Positions 8,601 through 19,086 of a stretch of 55,454 nt of DNA are shown piece after piece. The stretch is from Candidatus Poseidoniales archaeon. Its GTDB lineage: Archaea; Thermoplasmatota; Poseidoniia; MGIII; CG-Epi1. A model generated the notes under the pieces. The model was not told the origin of the DNA. It did no database searches and worked only from the letters and a program-made list of their open reading frames with translations. The stretch spans positions 1-55,454 of the forward strand of contig JBJLBX010000031.1 in NCBI GenBank assembly GCA_045567955.1. Reading direction: 5' to 3'. The position numbers and the translations under genes were made by a program. The stretch's first letter is position 1, and every line of letters begins with the position of its first letter.

Positions 8601-9385
8601 TCTTGAATACCTTTTAGAGCCTCACGTAAAACATTATCGCTTGCTCTGGCTGTCTTAACAGCTTCTCTTATTTCGGCATCAGTGAAAGCACCATTCATTC
8701 CTTTTTGTGCAGCTCTTAAATTTCCATTTTCATCATGAGCTACAGTGAATCTTGCAGACATTACCCCTTCTTCATCTGAAGTTGCATCTAAAATTACTGA
8801 ATCTCCTAATTTCCCAAAAGTACATGATATTGGCCAACAAGTCACAGGTAATTTTACATCTTCATCAGCAATACCGTGTTGTACATTAGGGATTTTAGCA
8901 TTCGAAAGTGCAGCAGCAGCAGCCAAAGTACAGCAATCAAACAAATTCCCATCATTGTCTAAAATATGTAAATCAATGTAAACCATCCACACTCTTTCGC
9001 CATGCTCAATACATAGTCCATCAAAGTCAATCATTCTTGACTCTCGAATTCCTCTATCAACAACTCTGGACAATTCAATTGATTGTTCACGAGGTGGTCC
9101 TGGATCAAAAGATTGATCTGCTAGAGGTGCTAATTCAGTTGAAGTAGTCATAGTACCACTACCTGGTGAATCTCCGTAAGGAGTTCCAATAAGCATTTTG
9201 ATACCACACAATACTTTAGTTTTACCAAGGTGAACCATAGAAGACCCTTCAGCAGTATTAATCATTCCAGTTTCAATTTTGACTTTTCTAAATTCATTAA
9301 TCCCACGTCCATCTGCTCTTTTACCTTCTTTAGCCAATGATTCCATGTGGCCTTTCATTAAATTCGAAACACTATCGTTACTCAT
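8597..9385 (-). CDS. rrp42: Exosome complex subunit Rrp42
   Basis: RADGR, AEGSSMVHLGKT, ELSRVVDRGIRES, DNDGNLFD motifs. Confidence 0.95.
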   Translation of the reverse strand: MSNDSVSNLMKGHMESLAKEGKRADGRGINEFRKVKIETGMINTAEGSSMVHLGKTKVLCGIKMLIGTPYGDSPGSGTMTTSTELAPLADQSFDPGPPREQSIELSRVVDRGIRESRMIDFDGLCIEHGERVWMVYIDLHILDNDGNLFDCCTLAAAAALSNAKIPNVQHGIADEDVKLPVTCWPISCTFGKLGDSVILDATSDEEGVMSARFTVAHDENGNLRAAQKGMNGAFTDAEIREAVKTARASDNVLREALKGIQE

Positions 9386-10104
9386 TTTTTACCTCCATAA
9401 CTGTTCTCTAATGCATCCCTCATTTTCTTGTATAAATCCATACAGCCACTTGTTGCTAAATCCATGGCTTGTTCAAATTCATCAGGTGTTAAGTGTCCAT
9501 CAAGTTGTAATAATACAACTTCTCCAGTACTTGGTATGATTGCTAAAGGTAAATCAGCTTGTCCGTAATTATCTTCTTCTTTATTTAAATCAAGAACAAC
9601 AATATCATTTACTTTTCCAGAAGCACAAGCTGGAATCATATCTCTCATTGGTATTCCGGCATCGGCTAAGGCTACAGACGCTGCAGTCATTGCAGCACAT
9701 CTTGTACCTGCATGAGCTTCTACAACTTGCATATCTACTCTAATCGAGGCTTTTGGAAATTCTTCTACCATTACTACTTTTTCAAAAGCTTGTGAAACAA
9801 TGTAAGAAATCTCAGATGATCTGCGATCAAGACCTGGCCTCTTCCTGTCATTCACACTAAATGGAGCCATAGTATACCTAGCCTGAACAATAGCTCTGTC
9901 TGCTTTCTGTTTATGTCTAGGATGGCATTCCATAGGTCCGAAAACACCTGCATAAATCTTGTTGTTCCCCCATTCAAGATAACAAGAACCATCTGCATTA
10001 TCTAATACTCCTGCGACGATTTTTACATCTCTTAACTCGTCAGGTTTTCGTCCATCCATTCGGATTCCATTTTTTATCAATTCCATATCAGTTTGTCCAG
10101 CCAT
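9382..10104 (-). CDS. rrp41: Exosome complex exonuclease Rrp41
   Basis: RMDGRKPDELR, YTMAPFS..DRKRPG, GTRCA and QLDG motifs. Confidence 0.96.
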   Translation of the reverse strand: MAGQTDMELIKNGIRMDGRKPDELRDVKIVAGVLDNADGSCYLEWGNNKIYAGVFGPMECHPRHKQKADRAIVQARYTMAPFSVNDRKRPGLDRRSSEISYIVSQAFEKVVMVEEFPKASIRVDMQVVEAHAGTRCAAMTAASVALADAGIPMRDMIPACASGKVNDIVVLDLNKEEDNYGQADLPLAIIPSTGEVVLLQLDGHLTPDEFEQAMDLATSGCMDLYKKMRDALENSYGGKK

Positions 10105-10105
10105 T

Positions 10106-10777
10106 TTATTTCTCCAATAATTTTTCTATTTTCTTTGTTAGTCCTTCAGAGGTCGCTTCTCTGTCAATAGTTTCAATTGCCTCTTGGGCAAGAGCTATAT
10201 TTTCACCTTCACCATCAATCCAGATGTAACCATTTTGTCCAATCTGTATTCTGGTTTTTGTATTATCACGAATTAAGGAAATCATAGAACCTTGCTTTCC
10301 AATAACACGAGGTACATTAGTTGGATTTACTTTAACTATAGTACCTGAATACAATTTCCTACAATCATCTTTCTTTAAGCTTATTTGATGAGAGCCTGCT
10401 GCATCAACCATGAAGATTTCAGCCCATATGGCATCTCCAATAGCTAAAAATCTAGCTGTATCTCCAAAAGGAACTTTCCATCCAGATTCACTATGATGTA
10501 GTGTGGAATTAAATGAAGCGCCAATATCCATACGCCATATTGAAGGTCCAGTTTCAGCACAAACTGCTATAATTTTATCTCCAACTTTTGGACTATATCT
10601 CCCAGCTATTGCATTTACATTAATGTATCCAGACCGGTCACTTGAATAGCCCACGACAGACGAATGTATCCGTCCTTCACTTCTGAATATTCCTTTTCCA
10701 GGCTTACTCTTGGTTTCCATTAAGTCCCCAGGTAATACTAATTTTCTATTTGATTTAACACTTGATTCTTCGCTCAT
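10106..10777 (-). CDS. rrp4: Exosome RNA-binding cap subunit Rrp4 (S1+KH)
   Basis: VLPGD, YSPKVGD, PRVIGKQGSMI and GQNGYIWI motifs. Confidence 0.94.
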   Translation of the reverse strand: MSEESSVKSNRKLVLPGDLMETKSKPGKGIFRSEGRIHSSVVGYSSDRSGYINVNAIAGRYSPKVGDKIIAVCAETGPSIWRMDIGASFNSTLHHSESGWKVPFGDTARFLAIGDAIWAEIFMVDAAGSHQISLKKDDCRKLYSGTIVKVNPTNVPRVIGKQGSMISLIRDNTKTRIQIGQNGYIWIDGEGENIALAQEAIETIDREATSEGLTKKIEKLLEK

Positions 10778-10847
10778 TATGAATCTTCCTCTTTTATTTC
10801 TAATACGTCCCTTTCCAAACTCGCCCCTATTTGAAGATTTCTTTAAT

Positions 10848-11540
10848 CTAAATTATTTTAGTTTCAGCAGTTCCTTTGGTAACAGACCCTAAAATATCTT
10901 CTAGCTTAGCAAACGATGCAGCAGACATTTCTAACATACCAATCCAGCTTCCATCGCTTTGGTATTCCTCACTTTCAATATTTCCTAGACTTGTAATTTG
11001 TCCATAGCATTTTCCAACATGTATAGCTTTAATTTTCACAGCTACACGTATTTTTTCAAATGAAATAGGGATTAAGAATTTTATGGCTTTTATAATTTTT
11101 TCAACTTGCGTGTCTACGGATTCAATTGGATCAATAGAATATTTCGCTTCATCAATTGCATTCTCAATACGTTGAGGTGGATGAGGACCTCCAGTTTGGG
11201 GGTTCATTCCATTCGCAACGATATTCGCAATAATTCGTTTTCTCTTTTGTTCAACCATTTCCTTTCTTTGTTGAGAGGTTAGTTGGATAGTTCCTTCATT
11301 TAGTATTATCTTATATATTTCTATAAGATCGGTTGTTTGGAATGTTTCTTTAACTAAATCTTCAGGAGAACGTTCACCTTTAGCATTGTCACTCCATATT
11401 CCATCAACGGCAATAGCATCTTCCCAGTCAATGTCTTCTCCTTCTTTATAATCTTGAGCTAATTCAGAATCAATCAAAATTTCAAAACGGTTTCCACCAA
11501 TTTCATATCTGGCGGTAACGGCGTCTTCAATGGAAACCAT
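10848..11540 (-). CDS. sdo1: Ribosome maturation protein SBDS/Sdo1
   Basis: RFEIL.D, GTIQLT..QRKEM, NPQTGGPHPPQRIE motifs. Confidence 0.95.
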   Translation of the reverse strand: MVSIEDAVTARYEIGGNRFEILIDSELAQDYKEGEDIDWEDAIAVDGIWSDNAKGERSPEDLVKETFQTTDLIEIYKIILNEGTIQLTSQQRKEMVEQKRKRIIANIVANGMNPQTGGPHPPQRIENAIDEAKYSIDPIESVDTQVEKIIKAIKFLIPISFEKIRVAVKIKAIHVGKCYGQITSLGNIESEEYQSDGSWIGMLEMSAASFAKLEDILGSVTKGTAETKII

Positions 11541-12253
11541 TACTTGATTTTCTTTACGGCCTCATTAATAGTCTTTGAATCTAGAGTATGATAACCTTCT
11601 TTGGTATTAACTACGGCAATTTCGACAACATCTGCTTTTAAATTATTTTCATTTGCGGCAGAAAGTCCTTTCAAACCAAGATTAATAGCTTGACTTTGAG
11701 ACATATTGTCTTTGTATTCTTTTTCAAATACTTCCATAACTTCATTTCTTCCAGCTCCAATTCCTCCAGCTTTATATGCCATTAAAGCTCCTGAGGGATC
11801 AGTTTCATAGAGGTGCGGTCCAGAAGTATCAATACCTCCAATTAGCATTGCAGTACCAAATGGTCTTACACCACCATATTGTGTATAACTTTGTTTAAAA
11901 TCACATAGCTTCTTTACTAAAGATTCAACAGCTAAATCTTCACTATAATTAAAAGAATTAACTTGACATTCAACACGAGCTCGATCAACTAGAGCTCTTG
12001 CATCTGCAACCAATCCTGATGTTGCACATCCAATATGTCCATCTATTTTGAATATTTTTTCAATACTCTCAGGCTCAATTAGTTTTGAGCTAAGTCTCTT
12101 GTCTACTATCAAAACCACACCATCTTTGAATTTGACTCCAACGGTGGTCGTTCCTCTCTTTACGGCTTCTCTAGCATACTCTACTTGGAATAATCTTCCA
12201 TCTGGCGAAAATACTGTGATAGCCCGGTCATAGGCCATGTGTCCTGCTTGCAT
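11540..12253 (-). CDS. psmA: Proteasome subunit alpha
   Basis: [20 protein letters not shown] and [11 protein letters not shown]; start set at ATG 12253. Confidence 0.97.
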   Translation of the reverse strand: MQAGHMAYDRAITVFSPDGRLFQVEYAREAVKRGTTTVGVKFKDGVVLIVDKRLSSKLIEPESIEKIFKIDGHIGCATSGLVADARALVDRARVECQVNSFNYSEDLAVESLVKKLCDFKQSYTQYGGVRPFGTAMLIGGIDTSGPHLYETDPSGALMAYKAGGIGAGRNEVMEVFEKEYKDNMSQSQAINLGLKGLSAANENNLKADVVEIAVVNTKEGYHTLDSKTINEAVKKIK

Positions 12254-12340
12254 AAAATTCCCTTGTTGCCACGGTCTCGGTTGGTAAAAAAGGGTATCGG
12301 TAGGTGGCGTAATTATTAAACGTCCAGTATTTAGCATACC

Positions 12341-13459
12341 GTGCGTAAGGCAATAATTATTGTGATTTTGATGCTCATACCGGGCTGTTTAGACACTACT
12401 CCAGAAGTTCTTTCTGGGATTGAAATTTTAGCACCTTTAGAGGTTATCGAAGGAGATATGGCTGAACTTCAGGCCCATGGTTCTAAACCGAGTGGTGCAA
12501 AATATTTATGGGATTTTGGGGATGGTTCTGGTAGCTCAGGTGAAATGGTAAACCATGTTTATTTGGAAGAAGGTGAATACATGATTACTTTGACAGTTAT
12601 AGATAAAGAAGATAGAATAGGTAACTCTAAAACATTAATCAAGGTTTTACATCGCAATGAACAGCCAGTTGCTAATCTTGATGCCACTTATGGCGGCCAG
12701 GGTCAGATTATCAAAGTGAATAGTATAGCTTTTTTTGACGGTGGTGCTTCTAGTGATCCAGACGGTGATGTGTTGTCTTTTGAATGGGATTTTGGAGATG
12801 GGTATTATGGAGATGTGATGCGTCCGAACCATGAATATACCTCTGTGGGAAATTATACAGTAACGTTAACAGTTAGAGATAATGGAAATATGACAAGTAC
12901 CTCTGAAACTTGGGTTCTCGTGCAGATGCGAACTTATGTTGTGACTTTTGTCGAACGAACTACCGTTATTCCAGCACTTGCAGGTTATACTGCAGAAGGG
13001 GCTAGTACACTTCAAGCTCATAATTATCCTTACAATTTGACCGGTGTAAATTATGATTTTGAATGGTCTGAAGATGAGGTTTCAGACTCTCCAGATAATC
13101 CGGTTGTTGGTACATTATTCCCAGATGATTTTTCATTGGATGTTTCAACAAATTATCTTGTTAATTTAACTGAGAATGGGACCTCTGGAAATCTAGAATT
13201 GAATTTTATGGTTTTAAATTCTATTCCTAGCGATTTAATTTTATCATTAGGATCTATTTCTGAAGTAAATCAATATTTGTTTACAAATGGGTATACTAGT
13301 GCTAAAGGTCAAGGACAATGGGATACAGTTATTACTTGTAATGAAGCAAGTTCTATAACTGATTTAGGCCTTAATTCATTTCTTGATACAGATGATGGTA
13401 ATGATTGGGTTTTATTTGTTGAGTATACCTATTACAGTGGCATAATAACGGAAACCTAG
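12341..13459 (+). CDS. Lipoprotein with two PKD domains
   Basis: Lipobox-like MLIPGC; two WDFGDG PKD motifs. Confidence 0.85.
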   Translation: MRKAIIIVILMLIPGCLDTTPEVLSGIEILAPLEVIEGDMAELQAHGSKPSGAKYLWDFGDGSGSSGEMVNHVYLEEGEYMITLTVIDKEDRIGNSKTLIKVLHRNEQPVANLDATYGGQGQIIKVNSIAFFDGGASSDPDGDVLSFEWDFGDGYYGDVMRPNHEYTSVGNYTVTLTVRDNGNMTSTSETWVLVQMRTYVVTFVERTTVIPALAGYTAEGASTLQAHNYPYNLTGVNYDFEWSEDEVSDSPDNPVVGTLFPDDFSLDVSTNYLVNLTENGTSGNLELNFMVLNSIPSDLILSLGSISEVNQYLFTNGYTSAKGQGQWDTVITCNEASSITDLGLNSFLDTDDGNDWVLFVEYTYYSGIITET

Positions 13460-13466
13460 TTTCCCA

Positions 13467-14939
13467 TCAAATCAAATCTAGTTGCGTTGCAAAATACGTT
13501 ATAGTTTTATCAGGTGCAGTGTATTCTTTTCCACCTTTTTCTTTTGCAATTTCTAAATAAGCATATGCACTTTGAACAGCTCCCTTGATATTTTCAGGAT
13601 TTCTCTTTAGAGCCAAATGGTAGCTACATATGGCAAGGTTGTGCCAAGCTCTTGGTTCATCAGGATCAATTTCTGTAGCTCTCTTGTAATGTTCAGCCGC
13701 TCTTTCTAATCTTTTTTCAATCCAAGCTGCATTGCCCAGTCTTAGATAGTTCTTCACATCTGTTTTTACAATTTCTGATGCAAATTCTTTGTATTCTCCA
13801 CCTTCTGAAGAATATGTTCTTTGACTGTAATTAGAATCATAAGTATTTGAATTTGAAACGCTAGGTTCATAAGATGAACGTTCTGGTTCATAGGATGTAT
13901 TTTCAGGTTTGGAGTTACTGCTTTCATTGCGGTCTAATATTCCAGTAGTATCTGGTATCGGTTCATCAAACATGCCGGCACCAAACATCGGTTCATATTC
14001 TTCTTCAGAAGCTGTAGTTTCAATAATATTATCAGAAGGTAGTTCAGAAGCATCTTCAATATTCGTTTCAGTATTAGGTTGATTTATTGGCGTAGTATTT
14101 GCCCTTACTTCAAAGCCATATATTTTGTTTGAAGAAGTTCCAGCTATAATAAAATCAATTTGTTTTGATACACATACACATGTGATTTCACCTTCCGTTT
14201 CAATTTCTTCTAAAAGTTCTCCAGAGTCGGATAAGTGATAGATGTGGTTATCATGTGATCCTGCAATTATTCCTCCATTTTCTAGAGAATTAACTGCTCT
14301 AACATATCCTCCAGTTTTATAATTCCATAAATCATTTCCAACAGAATCCAATCCATGAATCATTTCATCCCAGCCACCAACAAAAATATTATTTCCATCT
14401 TTATCTACAGAAACATCCCATAGTGAATCACTTCTTTGCTTTTTCCATTTTAGATTTCCTTCATTATCTAAGCAGTATAGATGTTCATCGCCACATCCTA
14501 CAATAGTACTGCCATTTCTAGATATTCCAGTTCCAACCATTGCTCTGTTTGTAGAATATTCCCAAACTTTCAATCCACTTTCAGTATACAATGCAATTGA
14601 ATCTCCAGTTCCAATGCTAATAAATTGTCCATTTGGATCAACTGATAAAGACCAGATTGATTTTCCTATAGTTTGCTCCCATTCAAGATTACCTAAAGAA
14701 TTAAACATTCTTACTTTACAATCCTTTCCACCACAAATAATTTTATTTCCATTTCCAACGATTGCGAGCCCATGTATTCCTTCGTCAATATGTTTTTCCC
14801 ATAGAATATTTCCTGCTTTATCTACTAAAGTAAGATTTCCATTTCTATCTCCTACAGCTATTTTAGTTCCATCTTCTGAGCATGCAAGGCAAATTACAGG
14901 GCCTGAAATACTCAAATCAAAAACAGGTGTGTGTGTCAT
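13467..14939 (-). CDS. WD40/PQQ-like beta-propeller, low-complexity linker and C-terminal TPR
   Basis: About 7 repeats ending G..(L/V)W; acidic Ser/Tyr-rich linker; TPR with AAEHYKRATEIDPDEPRAWHNLA. Confidence 0.8.
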   Translation of the reverse strand: MTHTPVFDLSISGPVICLACSEDGTKIAVGDRNGNLTLVDKAGNILWEKHIDEGIHGLAIVGNGNKIICGGKDCKVRMFNSLGNLEWEQTIGKSIWSLSVDPNGQFISIGTGDSIALYTESGLKVWEYSTNRAMVGTGISRNGSTIVGCGDEHLYCLDNEGNLKWKKQRSDSLWDVSVDKDGNNIFVGGWDEMIHGLDSVGNDLWNYKTGGYVRAVNSLENGGIIAGSHDNHIYHLSDSGELLEEIETEGEITCVCVSKQIDFIIAGTSSNKIYGFEVRANTTPINQPNTETNIEDASELPSDNIIETTASEEEYEPMFGAGMFDEPIPDTTGILDRNESSNSKPENTSYEPERSSYEPSVSNSNTYDSNYSQRTYSSEGGEYKEFASEIVKTDVKNYLRLGNAAWIEKRLERAAEHYKRATEIDPDEPRAWHNLAICSYHLALKRNPENIKGAVQSAYAYLEIAKEKGGKEYTAPDKTITYFATQLDLI

Positions 14940-14967
14940 GACTATATTCGTCTTGAGTCGGCCTGTT

Positions 14968-15004
14968 ATTTATTTGTTGTTCTAAGTTTTTTTAACAAAT
15001 AAAT
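14968..15004. promoter_or_regulatory. 11-bp inverted repeat (15-nt spacer) abutting a TATA box in a divergent promoter region
   Basis: ATTTATTTGTT (14968-14978) and AACAAATAAAT (14994-15004), followed by TTTATATAAA at about 15004-15013. Confidence 0.5.
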
Positions 15005-15106
15005 TTATATAAAGAGCGATTCTGGTAACGTTAATGACTGTGAGCGCTTGCTAGATTAAATTTTCTAGATTAAGCAGCACATGTCATTCGCAAATTGGTG
15101 TAAAAA

Positions 15107-18100
15107 ATGTTAAACAAACGTGTTACATTCGCGTCCGCTATAGGATTGGCCGTATTGGCTTTATTTATGTTAAATGGTGCTGAAGCAGCGTCGTTAGCTA
15201 ATTATGAGATATTTGACGATGGTAATACTCGTGTAGATGCAGACTTTGAAACGAATTTTATGGTTGACTTTACGGCAGAATCTGGTGAATCTTTAACTAG
15301 TATTTCAGTTTATTTTGAAGGTACTGAGGACACTCATGATTTAACTTGCAGCGATTGTGTTGGTTTGAATCCTGATGGTGCTTATACTATAATAGGAGTT
15401 ATACCTCAAGCGTCCTCACTCGTATCAAATCCTCTTTCAGGTAATGATAAAATAAGTTGGGGTATTTTTGCAGACGTTGAGGGTGGAGATGATGTTTATT
15501 GGCCAGCACAAGATGCTTATTGTCAGCCAGGTATAGATTTTGATTGTGGAGATGTAAGAGTTAACACGTTACCTGCTCTAACAGATGATGCAGCAGTTGC
15601 AGGCGATGATATGCCTGAATCAACTCGCACATTGACCATTACTTATACTGATGTAGACGGCCATGCCGGTACAGTTAGCGCCGTAGTATGTGATGCTTCT
15701 GATGTTTGTGAAAATTCTTTCTCTTTAGATAAGCAATCAGGTGATGAAACTTCAGGGGCTGTTTATGGTGCTGATTTTGTAACTGGACTTGGTGGTGCTC
15801 TTACAGCTACAATAACTGCAAGTGATGGCAATGATCCAGCTGATGATGATCGAACGGCTTCATTCACAGTAGATACCGAAACGCCGTGGTTGAAAACTCC
15901 TTCTTCTTCTTTAACAAGTGCAGGTGAATCTGAAAGTATTCTATTTTCTGTAATTTATTGTGTATTTGATACTGCAGGTACTGGAACTCCTACAGTAAGC
16001 GTTGATGTTGGTGGCGATGGCGGAACTTCTATGGATGTTGGAGATGCAAATACAGCTTGTAAAAATGGTGTAGATTATTCAATAGACCAAACTGTTGCAT
16101 GGGCAAGTGGAGCGCAAGTAGTTACTTTTTCAGCTTCTAATGATTTACAATCAGCAGATTCAGTAACTGGAACATCAGTTACAATAAATGATGCACCAAC
16201 ACTTGTAACAGGTACTGCTGAGAGGCATTTTAATGGCAATGATTTTGTTTTTAATGTTACTGTAAGCGATGTTAACTCAGATGATGGAGATACTCTTACA
16301 GTTTATTATTCAATAGATGATGTTGAATCAGCATACGGTGGAGGTGACTGTGCCGCAGATAGTTGTACTGTTACAATTTCTGAAGCCTCTATTTTAGATC
16401 AAGGTGGCGAACGTTCAATAACTTTCCGTGTTGAAGATGTTCAATCTGCAGAATCGGATGAAGATGCTTTTGGTCAGACTATAGATGTAACAAAAACAAG
16501 TAGCTTTGTTTGGACTGCTCCAGCAGATGGACTTTTCCAACCAGGTTCTGATAGCTATTCTTTTGATATAACTAATAATGGTAACTATGAAGATACTTTT
16601 ACAGTTACTGCTACAAGCGATAATGGTTGGGTAGATTCAGGAAGTTCAAGTCAGATGGTTACAGTTGGAAAAGGAGCTACTGAGACTTTTACAATTACTA
16701 TGGATATAGCGCATGTCGCAGCAGGTCTTGTTGATCACTGGTCAGCTTCTGCAATAGCAGAGAATGATGATACACAAACTGCAAGCCATAACGGTCAAAC
16801 AACAGTTGACTCAATTTCAGATGTTTCTGTTACAATAGGAACTGATACAGGTTCTGCACTTCCAAATGGTCAAGTAAGTTATTTCTTTGTTATAACCAAT
16901 ACTGGTAATGATGATGAAGCTTTTGATTATGCTACGACTTCACAAAACACTTGGGGTCTTGCAGGCGGTTCTGGAACTACAGATTCTTTATCTATGGGTT
17001 CTTCACAAACAATTACAGTAATTCATACAGTAGGCGAGAATGCAGACAGTGGAGATACTGATACAATTACTTTTAATGCAGCTGGAGGTTTTCCAGATGG
17101 TGCAAGCCGAACTGCAACAACATCAGCTGAACAAAATTATGGCGTTTCGATAGTTCTTTCAGATAGTTCTGATAATGGTCTAGTTCCTGGAGATGCTTTT
17201 ACTGTTACATATGCAGTAACAAATAATGGTAATGGGGCTGATTCATTTACAGTATTTTTCGATTCTTCTTGGTTATCTAGTTCTAGTTCAACAAGTTTGA
17301 ATCTTGGTGGTGGTTCATCAGGTTCGGCTACAGCTACATTTACAGTTCCTAGTGATGCAGCTAGTGGTTCTTCTTCATCAATCTCAGCGTATGTAACTGG
17401 TGGAGGATCAAGTTCAGATGATTCAGGTTCAGTAACAAAGACAGTTTCAGCTGATACTCGTTCAGCTACAGTTGATACAGATTCTGACAGTTACAGTCAT
17501 AATGAAGGCGCTAGTACTTCAGGAATTGTTACAATAACTAACACAGGTGTCACATCAGGTTTTGCAATTGTTACAATGGATGATGCATTAAGTTTTGACA
17601 CGTCTGTGATTTTACTAAGTGCTGGTCAGAGTGGTACTTTATCTTTTACAGTTCACGCGGCAGCAACTGGTGATGTATCCTTTTCGGTATCAGATGCAGT
17701 GGACGGAATAGGAATTTCGCATACATTTGGAGTAACAGTTAATACCTTCGACAGTGCCTTGTTGACAGATAATACTAGTGATTGTGGAGAGTCAAACATT
17801 GCTTGTACACCTGACACAGCAGGAGGCTGGAATGACGCATCTAATACTTACACAAATGCAGGCACATTCTTTACAACAATGACCGTTACAGACAGTAATG
17901 GAATGCAAGGAACACATACTTTTTCTACAACTATAGTTAATAGTGCTCCAGCAAAATCTACAGCTATGGATGTAGGCGATGCTACAGCAGGTAGTGAACA
18001 AACATTTATGTTCTCAGTACCAACCGATTCAGATGGTACTATCACTCATATGGTGGTGGACTTTGGTGATGGTAATTCAATTACTCTTGATGCCTCTAAA

Positions 18101-19042
18101 TTAACAGGCAGCACAGTTTCAGTAACTCATACTTATGAGTTAACTGGGGCAAAGACAGTTACAGCTACAGCGTATGATAATTCAGGTAGCAATTCAGTAC
18201 AAAGTACAAACATAGAAGTAGGCGATCGCACAGTTGAAATGGGAGATAATTCGTACCTTTACAACCTTATTTTCCTTATTGGTTTATTCTTGCTAGGAGC
18301 AGTTCTAGCTGGAACATCCTTTAAGATGCAGCAAGGTGAAATAGCAGGAGATGAAGAAATGAACGAAAGAGACCGACAGAGATTAGAGAGTGTAGAGCGC
18401 CGCATGGAAAGTCTGTCAGAGCGTGAAGAACTATTGGAAGTCTCCGCTTATGACGCATCCCGAGCGGCAACAAAGCTGGAAGAACATATTTCAGCTTTCA
18501 ACGAGATTCTGGTAAAGGCCCAGGAAATAGCAGCTACAGAAAAGCTCAAAGAGCTTGAAGCAGCTGAAGAAGCAACAAAAGAGGAAGAAGAGCAAATGCA
18601 ATTGGATTTGGAAGATCCAGATATAGAAATGGTTGCAGAACGCTTCCATAATTCCTTAGCTAAACTGGTCAATGCCCGTTCCGAGTTATCAAAGATTGAA
18701 GAGCAGTTAGCTCATATTTTGAAAATGGAACGCGATGAACAGTTAGAAAAATTAACTGAGATGACTGAATCTTATGAGACTACTAAACGCAAGATAGATG
18801 CACTTCAATCATCTGCAGAAGCTAGAGATGCTGCAGCAGTTGAAAATAACATTATGAATTTGCTAAGTGCAGCAGCATCAGGCGGTTCAGTAGGTGGAGC
18901 TGATTTCGGAGACTTTGGAGATATTGGAGATGATGAAGAATATGAAGTTGAAATCTATGAAGATGAAGACGGTTCATTCTACTACATTGATCCAGATACT
19001 GGCGAAGAAGTACCCTGTGACGAAGACGGCAACGCACTCTGA
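15107..19042 (+). CDS. Large single-pass cell-surface protein: Ig/NEW3-like and PKD repeats, TM, cytoplasmic coiled coil, acidic tail
   Basis: Signal peptide; repeats of (F/Y).(I/V)TN.GN..D.F; VDFGDG PKD; TM YLYNLIFLIGLFLLGAVLAG; about 235-aa charged tail. GGTG RBS upstream. Confidence 0.8.
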   Translation: MLNKRVTFASAIGLAVLALFMLNGAEAASLANYEIFDDGNTRVDADFETNFMVDFTAESGESLTSISVYFEGTEDTHDLTCSDCVGLNPDGAYTIIGVIPQASSLVSNPLSGNDKISWGIFADVEGGDDVYWPAQDAYCQPGIDFDCGDVRVNTLPALTDDAAVAGDDMPESTRTLTITYTDVDGHAGTVSAVVCDASDVCENSFSLDKQSGDETSGAVYGADFVTGLGGALTATITASDGNDPADDDRTASFTVDTETPWLKTPSSSLTSAGESESILFSVIYCVFDTAGTGTPTVSVDVGGDGGTSMDVGDANTACKNGVDYSIDQTVAWASGAQVVTFSASNDLQSADSVTGTSVTINDAPTLVTGTAERHFNGNDFVFNVTVSDVNSDDGDTLTVYYSIDDVESAYGGGDCAADSCTVTISEASILDQGGERSITFRVEDVQSAESDEDAFGQTIDVTKTSSFVWTAPADGLFQPGSDSYSFDITNNGNYEDTFTVTATSDNGWVDSGSSSQMVTVGKGATETFTITMDIAHVAAGLVDHWSASAIAENDDTQTASHNGQTTVDSISDVSVTIGTDTGSALPNGQVSYFFVITNTGNDDEAFDYATTSQNTWGLAGGSGTTDSLSMGSSQTITVIHTVGENADSGDTDTITFNAAGGFPDGASRTATTSAEQNYGVSIVLSDSSDNGLVPGDAFTVTYAVTNNGNGADSFTVFFDSSWLSSSSSTSLNLGGGSSGSATATFTVPSDAASGSSSSISAYVTGGGSSSDDSGSVTKTVSADTRSATVDTDSDSYSHNEGASTSGIVTITNTGVTSGFAIVTMDDALSFDTSVILLSAGQSGTLSFTVHAAATGDVSFSVSDAVDGIGISHTFGVTVNTFDSALLTDNTSDCGESNIACTPDTAGGWNDASNTYTNAGTFFTTMTVTDSNGMQGTHTFSTTIVNSAPAKSTAMDVGDATAGSEQTFMFSVPTDSDGTITHMVVDFGDGNSITLDASKLTGSTVSVTHTYELTGAKTVTATAYDNSGSNSVQSTNIEVGDRTVEMGDNSYLYNLIFLIGLFLLGAVLAGTSFKMQQGEIAGDEEMNERDRQRLESVERRMESLSEREELLEVSAYDASRAATKLEEHISAFNEILVKAQEIAATEKLKELEAAEEATKEEEEQMQLDLEDPDIEMVAERFHNSLAKLVNARSELSKIEEQLAHILKMERDEQLEKLTEMTESYETTKRKIDALQSSAEARDAAAVENNIMNLLSAAASGGSVGGADFGDFGDIGDDEEYEVEIYEDEDGSFYYIDPDTGEEVPCDEDGNAL

Positions 19043-19086
19043 ATATAGGTCTAAAATCCTTGATTTGTTAGAAGCCAGGTATAGTC

